Below, piece after piece: positions 1 to 10,042 of a DNA stretch of 64,000 bases. The translations under genes were made by a program, and so were the position numbers. The notes beneath the pieces are model-generated. The model searched no databases. It saw only the letters and a program-made list of their open reading frames with translations, and had not been told where the DNA came from. Every line of letters begins with the position of its first letter. Position 1 is the stretch's first letter. The DNA comes from an uncultured Thermoplasmata archaeon (GTDB lineage Archaea; Thermoplasmatota; DTKX01; GCA-020343715), in assembly GCA_965369625.1 (NCBI GenBank), contig CBDUQW010000003.1:9883-73882 (forward strand), read 5' to 3'.

Positions 1-1
1 G

Positions 2-553
2 ACCGTAGCCGGTGTGGAGGTCAATATCGGAGAGGACGGCTCATTCCTCTACGAAGTGGACCTGCCGACCGAGACCACCCCCATCACCGTCATGGCCACC
101 GACAGGGCCGGCAACACCGCCAGCTACTACATCTCCTTCGTGTTCGACAACGTCAAACCGAACCTGCAGCTGACGGATGTACCTCCGGCGAAGACCACCA
201 GGCTGGTGATGTACGTCAACGGGACGGTCACCGACAACGTGGCCACCATATTGTTCGTCGAGATCCGGGGCGGGATGTATCCCGTCGTCGATGGCAAGTT
301 CAACGTGCTGCTCACCACGGACACCGCCGGGGATGGATGGAACAACTTCACCGTTATCGCGACCGACGATGCCGGGAACGTCGCCCTGCAGAGGGTGGAC
401 ACCCAGTACATCCGCGAGGACATCACTGATGATGACGGTCCGGAGGAAGAGACTTCCGATCTCCTGTGGTACATCGGCCTGCTGCTGATCCTAGCGGCGG
501 TGGTTATGTTCCTGACCGTCTTCGTATTCCACAAGAGGGGGGAGAGAGCATGA
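2..553 (+). CDS. C-terminal fragment of a large cell-surface protein (Ig-like modules, C-terminal TM anchor); 5' end lies outside the window
   Basis: The frame is open from the window edge. It carries the recurrent x-D-x-AGN module signature (ATDRAGNTA, ATDDAGNVA) also seen in the next two genes. This is followed by a hydrophobic stretch (LLWYIGLLLILAAVVMFLTVFVF) and basic residues. The stop overlaps the next start (ATGA at 550-553). Confidence 0.7.
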   Translation, partial: TVAGVEVNIGEDGSFLYEVDLPTETTPITVMATDRAGNTASYYISFVFDNVKPNLQLTDVPPAKTTRLVMYVNGTVTDNVATILFVEIRGGMYPVVDGKFNVLLTTDTAGDGWNNFTVIATDDAGNVALQRVDTQYIREDITDDDGPEEETSDLLWYIGLLLILAAVVMFLTVFVFHKRGERA

Positions 554-3500
554 ACGGACGCAGGATGATCCATCTGGCATTATTCATCATTGGAGCGGTG
601 GCCGTGATGGTGGCCGGCTCGGCCCTGGCGGACCCGGGGGACATCAGCAACCCACCCACCGAAGACTGGTTCTTCGATAGTGGCAACAGTATCGTGATCG
701 CCTACCGGACCTGGGACATCAACTACAACATAACGGTGGCCAACGACACCCTCCTGGTGTTCGACGAATGCACCTTCACCTTCAGCGACCCGGCGGACAT
801 CTACACCCGTTGGATCGAGGTCTGGTGGAACGGCTCCATGATCATCAACAACTGCACGTTCAAGAGCACTGGCAACGCCAAGTACTATATCATGGTGGAG
901 AACTCGACGAGAGTCATGGGCTCCGCCATCAGCGGGATGAAGGCACCGTACTCGTCCTCCGGAGGCTTTACCGCCTACGATAGCGACCTCACCTTCAGGA
1001 ACGTGGACATCAAGGACAACGAAGGCGTCGCCGTCTGGGCCGAGAACTGCAACCTGAACGGGGACAACCTGAAGGTCACGAACTCAGGCGTCGAAGGCAC
1101 CGACGGGGCCGGGTTCATGGCACTTTACACCTACACCGACCACATGGACTCCTACGCCCTTTACTTCCAGAATTGCGAATTCAGTGACAACGTGGGTAGA
1201 GGTTTCGGCCTCAGGGCCTACTCGAACTGGGCCGACATCATGGCCGAGTTCAACGGCTGCAACGTGGAGCGGAACGGCCAACGGGGCTTGGATATCTACT
1301 GGGGCAGGGACGGCTACTATGAGAGCACGAACGCATCCCTGGACCTGATCGTGTCCGACTGCTACTTCGCCGAGAACTACTGGGACGGGTTCCGATACCA
1401 ACAGTACAGAGCGATGTATGACGGGACCGCCTTCGTGAACATAACTCTGGAAGACAGCACCTTCGACGAGGTGAGGGGCAGCGGTGCGTTCATCAACGTG
1501 CAGTACGGTGACCAGACCTTCAACATCGTGGTGAACAACTGCGACTTCATGGACAACTCCGAGGGTGGCAGGGCTGGACTGGCTCTCAGCAACCAGTATA
1601 TCACCTCCGCCTGGAACGCCGAGATCACCAAATGCACGTTCACCGACAATGACGAGATCGGCCTGCACATCGAGCACAGGAGCTCCAATATTATCGGGAG
1701 CACTTACCTCATCAAGGACTGCGACTTCTCGGGACACAGGGATGCCATCTACTTCTACAACTACCGCTACGGCGACTATTACAACGACATCCTGATAGAG
1801 GACTGCGACTTCTCGGGCAACGAGGGCGCGGGTTTCCACCATCACATCGGATGGTCCGAACTCCCGCTCGATGTCACCATCCGGAACTGTGAGTTCATGA
1901 ACGGCGACGGGGGAGGCATCATGGCCACCGCCTCGTACGATGCGTCCGACGGTGTCATATGGGACATCGATGATTGCACCTTCGATCATCTTGGTGGCTA
2001 CGCCATCGACATCATGCTCGACGAGGTGATGAGCGGTGCGACCCTGGACATCGCCAACTGCATGATCAGCGATACCATGGGCATCCGATTCTACGTGATG
2101 GACAGTATGAGCGGCAGGATCGCTGAACATATCCTGATCATCGAGGGTGTGTCAATCACCGATTCGAAAGGGGCCGCCATCGATGCCTATGTCCTTGGTT
2201 ACTACGGGGTCGGGTTCACGGTGGATATAAAGGACGTTATCGTCGATACGGCGCTGTACAACGGCATCCGTGCCATGAGCGGCTCCAACTTCATCAGCAC
2301 CAGCCACTCGATCGATATCGACGTCACCATCCTGAACGTGACGATCTCTTCGGTGAATGGCAACGGTCTGAACCTGGGATCCGAACGCCTCGAGTACCGG
2401 GGCTCCCGGTTGCTCGATATCGACGACCTCGAGGTCACGACGACGAGGAAGGCCGTGGTGGTGTCCTCGATCAAGGGCAGGTTCGACCAGACCACCATAT
2501 CCAATTCCCTCAAGGAGGACTTCACCATCATCGTGGCCGACATCGAGGTCTTCGAGCCCGTCCTTGACTCCCTCGACGATAGGACGGCCATCGTCATCGA
2601 CAGCGGGTCGGTCAAGTTCTGGTACAAGCTCAAGGTGTACGTCGAGTGGGATACCGGAGAGGCAGTGGTGGGCGCTGTGGTGAGGATCATGGACAATGAG
2701 CACTCCCTCATCGGGGTCTACACCAACGAGGGCGCACAGGGTCTTCCCGAGCTGCTCCTCAACTCATTCCAGTTCCGCGAGACGGGCATGTTCACCAGGT
2801 CACCCTACATCATCGAGGTGACATTCAAGGCCATCACCGAGGGGGCCACGGTGAGCCTGGACCAGAACCGGGTCGCGACCGTCGTCCTCGTGGACCACGC
2901 ACCGCCCGAGATCTTCATCAACGACCCCATGGATGGCCATATCCAGGCCGCCAAGACCATCGATGTGCGGGGCTCGTCATACGACAGCGAGTCCTCGGTC
3001 AAGATGGTAGAGGTATCCATAGACGGCGTCACCTGGATCGACACCATGGGCACCACCAGCTGGCAGCACACCTTCGTGGTATCGGAGGATGATGTCATCG
3101 ACAACGGTGGGATGTTCACCATCCGCGCCCGTGCGTGGGACTTCGCGAACAACTCCGCCTTCGACCTGATCACGGTAGAGGTGGACCCGTTCCCGCCGTA
3201 CCTTCGCGTGGACTTCCCCTGGCCAGACCACCAGACCAACGATGCATCCCTGGAGGTGCTGGGCGTGACCGAGGAGGGAGCTTCCGTCCTCGTCAACGGC
3301 ATGGAGGTCTCCCTGATCGGGACATTGTTCCGCATGACCCTGGACCTGGTCGAGGGGCCCAATACGATAACCGTACAGGCCGCCGATGCCCTTGGGAACG
3401 TCATCGAGGAGAAGATGGAGGTGGTCCTCGATACCAAACCACCCTACGTCGTGCTGCTCACGCCCGAGGAGGAGGAGATGTTCACCGAACCCACGTGCGT

Positions 3501-4902
3501 GGTGAGCGGCCAGGCCGAGGACGGTCTGACCATCTGGGTCAACGACGCGAAGCTCTCCGACGAGCAGTACAACAACGGGACATTCGAGTACGTGCTCACC
3601 CTCAGGAGGGGGGACAACCTCATCATCGTCAAGGCCATGGACCAAGCGGGAAACGAGTTCATGGAGACCAGGACGGTGATACTGGACGATGTCCCGCCGA
3701 TGCTGGCAATCCAATCACCCCTGGATGGCTCTCACCATGCAATGGTCGAGGTCGCGGTGATAGGGACCACTGACCCCGACGCCATAGTCCTCGTCAATGA
3801 CATCGTGGTCGAACTCGACCACGGCCTGTTCACCGAAACCATCGTGGGCATCGAGGGCGCGAACACCATCGTCGTCGTCGCCATGGACATTGCAGGCAAC
3901 AAGGTCACAACGGAGCTCACGGTCCACGTGGACCTGGTCCCGCCGACGGGAAATATCACCCAGCCGGAGACGGACATGGAGATCGTCACGGACCCCGTCT
4001 TCACCATCACGGGAACCACCGTTGGTGCCAGCAACGTCACGATCAACGGGATGGACTATCCCGTCGAGGACAACGCGTTCTCCGTCGACGTGGAGTTGTA
4101 CGAGGGAGTGAACCGCTTCATCATCACCATCAAGGACCTTGCAGGGAACTCCGTGACCACCGAGCGGCGGATCATCCTTGATACCATCCCGCCGGTACTG
4201 GTCGTCCAGATCATGAACCTCGTCGAAGATGATAATGGGGACAGCGTTTTCAAGACCGAGAAGGGCCAACCAACGGTCATGCCCATCCTCGGGTTCACCG
4301 ACGATGCCATACAGGTGAGGATAAACGGTGAGCTGGTACCCGTCAGCTCCGAAGGGTACTTCGCCCTTGAGTACGCCATCAACGTCAACGAGGTGAACTC
4401 GATCACCATCGTCGCGACCGACGCGGCAGGGAACGAGGTCACCTGGGAGGATGACATCAGGCACCAGTACCTGAAGGCCAAGGAAGATGAGGGCTTCAAC
4501 TGGGGCTGGCTCATCCTGATACTCGGTCTCATCCTGCTCGTCTTCGCCATCGTAGCCGGCTGGTATCGCCTGGGCAAGGCAGAACCGGAGATGGAGATGC
4601 GCGAGGTGGAGGACGAGGAGGTCATGGCCCCCGCCGCGATGCCCGAGGTCGAGGAGGAGGACCTCGAGGAGGAAGAGGAGGACGAAGAGGACCTCGAGGG
4701 AGAAGAGGAGGAAGAGGTCATCGTCGAGGAGGAGGAGGTGCACGAGCTCACCCCGCCTCCCGAGCGACCGAGGACCGAGACCTCCAGGCCCACAGCCGCA
4801 CCCACCGACGAAGTGACCATCGAAGTCGAGGAGAAGGACCTCGAGGAGAAGGACGCGGACGCGGAGATTGGTGCAGACGATACCGATCAGGAGGGGATCT
4901 AA
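550..4902 (+). CDS. Giant surface protein: signal peptide, right-handed parallel beta-helix (PbH1-like) repeats, array of Ig-like modules, TM anchor, poly-acidic cytoplasmic tail
   Basis: ATG at 550 is preceded by a purine-rich RBS-like stretch and gives MNGRRMIHLALFIIGAVAVMVAGSALA (signal-like). At least 10 repeats of the type NCxF/DCDFxxN..G (e.g. IKDCDFSGH, IEDCDFSGNEGAG, IRNCEFMNGDGGG) are typical of beta-helix proteins. Repeated modules of about 90 aa each contain D-x-AGN. The TM segment is WGWLILILGLILLVFAIVAGWY, followed by an E/D-rich tail. The track ORF start at 466 is likely too far upstream. Confidence 0.85.
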   Translation: MNGRRMIHLALFIIGAVAVMVAGSALADPGDISNPPTEDWFFDSGNSIVIAYRTWDINYNITVANDTLLVFDECTFTFSDPADIYTRWIEVWWNGSMIINNCTFKSTGNAKYYIMVENSTRVMGSAISGMKAPYSSSGGFTAYDSDLTFRNVDIKDNEGVAVWAENCNLNGDNLKVTNSGVEGTDGAGFMALYTYTDHMDSYALYFQNCEFSDNVGRGFGLRAYSNWADIMAEFNGCNVERNGQRGLDIYWGRDGYYESTNASLDLIVSDCYFAENYWDGFRYQQYRAMYDGTAFVNITLEDSTFDEVRGSGAFINVQYGDQTFNIVVNNCDFMDNSEGGRAGLALSNQYITSAWNAEITKCTFTDNDEIGLHIEHRSSNIIGSTYLIKDCDFSGHRDAIYFYNYRYGDYYNDILIEDCDFSGNEGAGFHHHIGWSELPLDVTIRNCEFMNGDGGGIMATASYDASDGVIWDIDDCTFDHLGGYAIDIMLDEVMSGATLDIANCMISDTMGIRFYVMDSMSGRIAEHILIIEGVSITDSKGAAIDAYVLGYYGVGFTVDIKDVIVDTALYNGIRAMSGSNFISTSHSIDIDVTILNVTISSVNGNGLNLGSERLEYRGSRLLDIDDLEVTTTRKAVVVSSIKGRFDQTTISNSLKEDFTIIVADIEVFEPVLDSLDDRTAIVIDSGSVKFWYKLKVYVEWDTGEAVVGAVVRIMDNEHSLIGVYTNEGAQGLPELLLNSFQFRETGMFTRSPYIIEVTFKAITEGATVSLDQNRVATVVLVDHAPPEIFINDPMDGHIQAAKTIDVRGSSYDSESSVKMVEVSIDGVTWIDTMGTTSWQHTFVVSEDDVIDNGGMFTIRARAWDFANNSAFDLITVEVDPFPPYLRVDFPWPDHQTNDASLEVLGVTEEGASVLVNGMEVSLIGTLFRMTLDLVEGPNTITVQAADALGNVIEEKMEVVLDTKPPYVVLLTPEEEEMFTEPTCVVSGQAEDGLTIWVNDAKLSDEQYNNGTFEYVLTLRRGDNLIIVKAMDQAGNEFMETRTVILDDVPPMLAIQSPLDGSHHAMVEVAVIGTTDPDAIVLVNDIVVELDHGLFTETIVGIEGANTIVVVAMDIAGNKVTTELTVHVDLVPPTGNITQPETDMEIVTDPVFTITGTTVGASNVTINGMDYPVEDNAFSVDVELYEGVNRFIITIKDLAGNSVTTERRIILDTIPPVLVVQIMNLVEDDNGDSVFKTEKGQPTVMPILGFTDDAIQVRINGELVPVSSEGYFALEYAINVNEVNSITIVATDAAGNEVTWEDDIRHQYLKAKEDEGFNWGWLILILGLILLVFAIVAGWYRLGKAEPEMEMREVEDEEVMAPAAMPEVEEEDLEEEEEDEEDLEGEEEEEVIVEEEEVHELTPPPERPRTETSRPTAAPTDEVTIEVEEKDLEEKDADAEIGADDTDQEGI

Positions 4903-7900
4903 ATGAATGGGAACAGAAAAGCAATCCGTATCACCGTCATCGGAGGCCTGGCAACGCTGTTGCTGGCCTTGGTGGTCGTCCTTATGGCCAATCCTGCCGC
5001 AGCCTCTGGCTCAGGCGACTGGCCTCCACCGTTTATGGGTGACTGGGTCATCAACCAGCCCACGACCGTCATCGATGAGACCATCTACGTCTTCGACGGC
5101 AACATCACCGTGAACAGCAAGCTCTCCATCCAGAACTGCAACGTGTACACCATTGTGTGGTCCCAGATGGATTACTATGATGTCAAGGTCAACGCTGCCG
5201 GTTCCCTTCAGTCCAACGACAGTTACTGGAGCTCTTGGAACGCTATGTTCGGGTTCTACTGGGACTTCTACATGGACGGCACTTGTGACATCGACAACTG
5301 CGTATTTTACTACAATAACGATGTGGACATCAACGGCACCGCCACGTTCAATAACACCGTGTTCGACCACGTCTACGACGGGTTCAACTTAACTGGTTCG
5401 ATGGACTTCACCCACTCAGACCTGATCTACACCTACGGGGGTATCAACCTCGGTGGGACCTCGACTTTCGACGATGCCTACATCAGCAACGTCTATGATG
5501 GGTTCAAGATCTCCGGGTCGGCGGACTTCAACGGCAGCACCATCAGGTACGTGTACGATGCCTTCAACGTGACGGGCACCGCCAGCTTCGACTACCAGTA
5601 CATGTACCGGATATACGACGGCTTCAACATGATGGGGACCGTGGACATCTGGATGGGAAACCTGCAGTACCTCTACGAGGCCAACTTCACCGGGAACGTG
5701 GACATCGCTGAGACCTACTTCTACAGGATGTACGACGGGGTGAAGATGACGGGTAACATCCGCATAGCCAACTGCGACTTCGTGTACACCTACAAAGGGG
5801 TGTACATCAGCAGCAACGTCGCCATAGTCAACAGCACCTTCAACATGTACTACAAGGGCATCTTCATCGACAACTGCGACCCCACGTTCAACAACGTCAC
5901 GGTGTACGTCAGGAGCAGCTACAGCTACGACTACCACATTTCCACGGACATGTCCTGGTCCGAAGAGGACCGGCTCCCTATGGCCGTTGGCACGGGCATC
6001 TGGGTGGACAACGGCGTACCCAGCTTCACCGATGTGACCGTGGAGGCCGATGTGACGGCGAACTTCTACGTCGAGTACACCGGGACCGAGGAGGACGTCA
6101 CCCTCTACCTTATGGGGATGGTCTGCCCGGTGCTCATCGACTCGCCAGCCATGGACGTGGTGTCGGGCCTGACCGTCATGAACTCCTACTTCCACATGCG
6201 GTCCTACGCGGCGGCCACCGACCCCGGGATCAATCCGAAGTACTTTTATGTGGACTTCATGGGGGTCTCGGCCGGTATCGGGATAATCAACTACACCGAC
6301 ACCACCATCACCGACGTGGTCTCGTACAACAACTACTACGGCAGCATATACGGACCCTACGTATCCGGCTACTCCTATGGAGGGGGCGGATGGAGGGACT
6401 ACGGACCCGCGGTGCAAGTGGGCGCTGCCGCGTACGGCAGCTCCAGCACCGCACCCGACACGACGGTGACCGTATCGGACCTGACCATCGACGACGGGAC
6501 GAACTGGTTCGGCCACTTGTACTACTCTGGATTCAGCGGGGTCGGCGTACCGACCCTGAGCGATACCATCGTGATCCAGAACGTGATCGTGAATAGCGCG
6601 TCGGGAGTCGTGTTCGGGTTCGATATACAGCCCTCCTTTGCGGGGATACGCACGATAGACATCGACCTGAGGATCACCGACTGCACCTTCATGGACGTCG
6701 ATGGCGCCATCCTGATGTACTCCAGCAACGCGGGTCCCGGTATCGACCCCGATATGAAGATGGTCGACGTGACCGAGAACATCCTCATCGACAACAACAC
6801 GATAGACGAGTGCTTCTCCACGTGGACGTACTTCATCGTCGACTCCGTTGGGACGGACCACAAGTCCGACAGGTGGGACCGGACGCTCACCTTCGCGGAC
6901 AACGATTTCATCAACTCGTATGGCACACTGTTCGAGGTGGGTGGTCTCGACTACTACGACACGGGCACGTGCACGCTCAATGTCGTCAACAACAACATGG
7001 TCAACGTCACCGACGGCCCTTCGTCGAACAGCGGACCATACTACGCAGACGACTTCGAAGTCATCAGGTTCACTGGCAACACCATGACGGACATGCATTA
7101 CAGCCAGACGGGTGACTTCTACGACGTGGGCGGTGATGACAATGGGGTCAAGCCCGTCGACTGGCTGTTCAAGAACAACGTGATCACCAACTGCACCAAC
7201 GAGCGCTGGAGCGAGATAATCTTCCTGGAGTTCGGCGGTGCCGTCGTGGTCGAGGGGAACGAGATGTCCATGGGCAATGGCTTCCTGAGCATGTGGCACG
7301 AGACTATGTACACTGGCGTTGCCACCCTCGACATCGTGGACAACGAGTTCTATCAGATGTCCGCCTACATGGCGGAGTTCGGGAACACCGACGAGGGCAA
7401 CGTGAACTTCGTGGTGACGGTCAAGGACAACACCGTCTACGAGTGCGAGGACTTCTTCCTCAACTTCTGGGGGAGCGCCTCGAACATCAACCCGTACGAC
7501 CGGGACGCCACGTACGTCATCGAGGACAACCTCGTCCACAACAACACCGGTGGGTTCATCAACGTATGGGGCAAGGTGACCGTCCAGGACAACATGTTCT
7601 TCGACAACGCCGGTCCCCTCCTTTACATCGAGTACATCAACCTCAATCCGCCCGTGGTGTTGGGCAACCAGATGGCCAACAACATGGACCTGTTCATGTT
7701 CGTCGCCAAGGACAAGGGCTTCGAGCTGGTCCCATACGGGATGTCCAACGAGATGCTCTCCTGCACCGGGACGGCCTTCAGCTTCACCAACATGGAGGTC
7801 ACCCTCACTAGGGTCGACATCAGCGGCGCCGACCAACACATCTGGGCCTTCAACAGTGTCGTCAACGCCTACTCCAGCAGCATCGACGGGACCAAGTGCA

Positions 7901-9921
7901 CGGTGGTCGCCGACGGCAAGATAACCACCTGGTGGCCCATCGAGGTGAAGGTGACCTGGGGAGACGACATGGGGGTCGATAGCACCACTCCCGTGTCCGA
8001 GGCCTTGGTCGTGTTCTACGACGCCCAGGACGTCTACTACACCTCAGTGTACGCTGGTACGGATGGCATCCTTCCGGAGCACCTGTACATGGAATGGACC
8101 GTTGATACGGGTGGGATCTACGAGTTCTCCCCCCTCGAGGTCAAGGCCGCCTCGTCCGGCGCCACCAACGACACCGTAGTGACGCTGAACATGGACCTGG
8201 TGGGCCCCGACGCAGTGCACATCGTGCTGTGGGATGCCTTCGCGCCCACGGTGGCCATCACCGAACCCTACGATGGTTCCATCTTCAACAAGGACTCCAT
8301 CGAGGCCTACGGGTTCGTAACGGAGGTGGGCTCCGGTCTGGACATCATCGAGTACAGCCTGACCGGGAGCACCTGGTTGCCCCTTGAGATCTCCGACAGC
8401 GGAGATTGGTCGCTGCCACTAACTGAACTCGGGGAGGGTGACGTCACCCTGTGGGTGAGGGCGTCCGACATCGCCAGCAACCTGGCGACGACCAGCATCA
8501 CCATCACCATCGACACCATGCCACCGGACCTGACCATCAGCAGTGTGCCCGAACGGACAAACAACCCAGATCTGTTCATCACCGGGACCATCGAGGTGGG
8601 GGCGGACCTTTACGTCAACGGAATCTTCGTGGAGACCGCAGAGAGCAGCTCCCTCATGATAGCCCACACGCTCCATGAGGGGAGCAACATCATCCTCATC
8701 GAGGCGATGGACTCGGCGCACAACGTGGCGTTCGAGACCATAGAGACCGTTCTGGACACCCAGCTTCCAACGTTGGTACTGACCGGACCTGCCTACGGCA
8801 CGGTGACCAACCAGGAGACCGTCATGGTGACGGGCATTGTGGAGGGGGGAACCACCCTCACGGTGGGAGGCACCCCGGTCATTCCCGATACGGACGGCTC
8901 CTTCAGCCACGCATACACCCTCAGCTCCGGGGATAACATGATCGAGGTGAAGGCCACCGACCTCGCGAGCAACGTGGCCACCGTGACCGTGCTCGTCGAG
9001 CTGGACCTGCTGCCGCCCTCCGTGGAGATAGTGGAACCCTCCGAGGACTTCATCACGTCCGAGACCTTCATCGAGGTCAACATCCGCGCCGACGAGGACG
9101 CCACACTCTGGCTGAACGGCCGACCTACCGTCAACGATGGGGACTTCTGGAGGACCGTCCTGCTCCTTGAGGGGGACAACACCATAGTCGTCAAGGGCAT
9201 GGACCCCGCCGGGAACGTCGCAGAGGACAGCGTCATGGTCAAGCGCGATACCATGCCACCCGACCTTATGGTGCTGGTACCTGCCGACCTGGTCACGTGG
9301 AGCAACCAGATGATGCTGACCGTCTCCGGTCTCGCCCTCAACGCGACCGAGGGTGTCTTCGTCAACGGCGAGGCAGTGGACTCGTACAATCCGTCCACGG
9401 GCGCCTTCAGCCATTCGGTGACCATCACCAGTGGCGAGAACAACATCACCGTCGAGGCCAAGGACGAAGTGCACGTCGTGACCCACATGCTCAAGGCGAT
9501 GGTGAGCACCTCCACCCCCAAGCTGGTGATCAACACCGTCGAGTCGCCCGTGACGACCTCATCGGTCACCATCTCCGGCGAGACCGACTTGGGGATCGAG
9601 ACCGTCATGGTCGAGGTCGGGACGAAGACTATGGAGTTTGGTGTCATGTACGATGGGACCTTCTCCTTCACCTTGAACCTAGAGGACGGTAACTATATCG
9701 TGAAGGTCTCGGTGGATGACAGGTACGGTAACACGGCGACCGAGCAGACCAACAGCTTCGACGTAAAAGAGAAGGACTACTTCCCTGACGATGGAGGCGA
9801 AGTGGGCGAATCCGTCAGCATCGAACCGATTCACATCGGCCTGCTCCTGGCCGTGATCGGCATCACGCTGATCGTCGCGGCCCTTTGGGCCACGTGGAAG
9901 ATCTCCCGGCGAGGTGAGTAG
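4903..9921 (+). CDS. Giant surface protein (1672 aa): N-terminal signal/anchor, 20-aa YDGF solenoid repeats plus beta-helix region, Ig-like modules, C-terminal TM anchor
   Basis: ATG lies directly after the TAA of the previous gene with GGAGG upstream. The N-terminal hydrophobic segment ends in AAA-S. There are many N-x-S/T sequons. Ig-like modules carry the D-x-A-x-N signature (ASDIASNLA, AMDSAHNVA, ATDLASNVA, GMDPAGNVA). The C-terminus is IHIGLLLAVIGITLIVAALWATW plus basic residues. Confidence 0.85.
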   Translation: MNGNRKAIRITVIGGLATLLLALVVVLMANPAAASGSGDWPPPFMGDWVINQPTTVIDETIYVFDGNITVNSKLSIQNCNVYTIVWSQMDYYDVKVNAAGSLQSNDSYWSSWNAMFGFYWDFYMDGTCDIDNCVFYYNNDVDINGTATFNNTVFDHVYDGFNLTGSMDFTHSDLIYTYGGINLGGTSTFDDAYISNVYDGFKISGSADFNGSTIRYVYDAFNVTGTASFDYQYMYRIYDGFNMMGTVDIWMGNLQYLYEANFTGNVDIAETYFYRMYDGVKMTGNIRIANCDFVYTYKGVYISSNVAIVNSTFNMYYKGIFIDNCDPTFNNVTVYVRSSYSYDYHISTDMSWSEEDRLPMAVGTGIWVDNGVPSFTDVTVEADVTANFYVEYTGTEEDVTLYLMGMVCPVLIDSPAMDVVSGLTVMNSYFHMRSYAAATDPGINPKYFYVDFMGVSAGIGIINYTDTTITDVVSYNNYYGSIYGPYVSGYSYGGGGWRDYGPAVQVGAAAYGSSSTAPDTTVTVSDLTIDDGTNWFGHLYYSGFSGVGVPTLSDTIVIQNVIVNSASGVVFGFDIQPSFAGIRTIDIDLRITDCTFMDVDGAILMYSSNAGPGIDPDMKMVDVTENILIDNNTIDECFSTWTYFIVDSVGTDHKSDRWDRTLTFADNDFINSYGTLFEVGGLDYYDTGTCTLNVVNNNMVNVTDGPSSNSGPYYADDFEVIRFTGNTMTDMHYSQTGDFYDVGGDDNGVKPVDWLFKNNVITNCTNERWSEIIFLEFGGAVVVEGNEMSMGNGFLSMWHETMYTGVATLDIVDNEFYQMSAYMAEFGNTDEGNVNFVVTVKDNTVYECEDFFLNFWGSASNINPYDRDATYVIEDNLVHNNTGGFINVWGKVTVQDNMFFDNAGPLLYIEYINLNPPVVLGNQMANNMDLFMFVAKDKGFELVPYGMSNEMLSCTGTAFSFTNMEVTLTRVDISGADQHIWAFNSVVNAYSSSIDGTKCTVVADGKITTWWPIEVKVTWGDDMGVDSTTPVSEALVVFYDAQDVYYTSVYAGTDGILPEHLYMEWTVDTGGIYEFSPLEVKAASSGATNDTVVTLNMDLVGPDAVHIVLWDAFAPTVAITEPYDGSIFNKDSIEAYGFVTEVGSGLDIIEYSLTGSTWLPLEISDSGDWSLPLTELGEGDVTLWVRASDIASNLATTSITITIDTMPPDLTISSVPERTNNPDLFITGTIEVGADLYVNGIFVETAESSSLMIAHTLHEGSNIILIEAMDSAHNVAFETIETVLDTQLPTLVLTGPAYGTVTNQETVMVTGIVEGGTTLTVGGTPVIPDTDGSFSHAYTLSSGDNMIEVKATDLASNVATVTVLVELDLLPPSVEIVEPSEDFITSETFIEVNIRADEDATLWLNGRPTVNDGDFWRTVLLLEGDNTIVVKGMDPAGNVAEDSVMVKRDTMPPDLMVLVPADLVTWSNQMMLTVSGLALNATEGVFVNGEAVDSYNPSTGAFSHSVTITSGENNITVEAKDEVHVVTHMLKAMVSTSTPKLVINTVESPVTTSSVTISGETDLGIETVMVEVGTKTMEFGVMYDGTFSFTLNLEDGNYIVKVSVDDRYGNTATEQTNSFDVKEKDYFPDDGGEVGESVSIEPIHIGLLLAVIGITLIVAALWATWKISRRGE

Positions 9922-9996
9922 GGAACCACGCCGGGACCCTAAACAGGGGAGGTGGGCAACACCCAGGGTGGGGCCATAAGCCCCCGCCCGCACAAC

Positions 9997-10004
9997 TTAT
10001 TTAA
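9997..10004 (+). promoter_or_regulatory. Candidate archaeal TATA box upstream of trxB
   Basis: TTATTTAA lies about 40-48 nt upstream of the candidate trxB starts, in an otherwise GC-rich spacer. Confidence 0.35.
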
Positions 10005-10042
10005 CCGAAGGTCCCTTTTCTGGATTCTGCGTTCGCCCGGAG

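Noticed and set aside
5416-7839. An 807-aa antisense ORF. Similar long reverse-strand ORFs occur at 1084-2130, 12071-14038, 18067-18972, 28222-29325, 30920-32410, 33512-34840, 35489-37597, 39110-40441, 44190-45866, 49514-51400 and 51919-53658.
   Set aside because: All lie opposite genes with clear domain motifs on the sense strand. Their translations are low-complexity (rich in V, G, D, H, R and A) and lack motifs. This is the typical shadow-ORF artefact of high-GC DNA.
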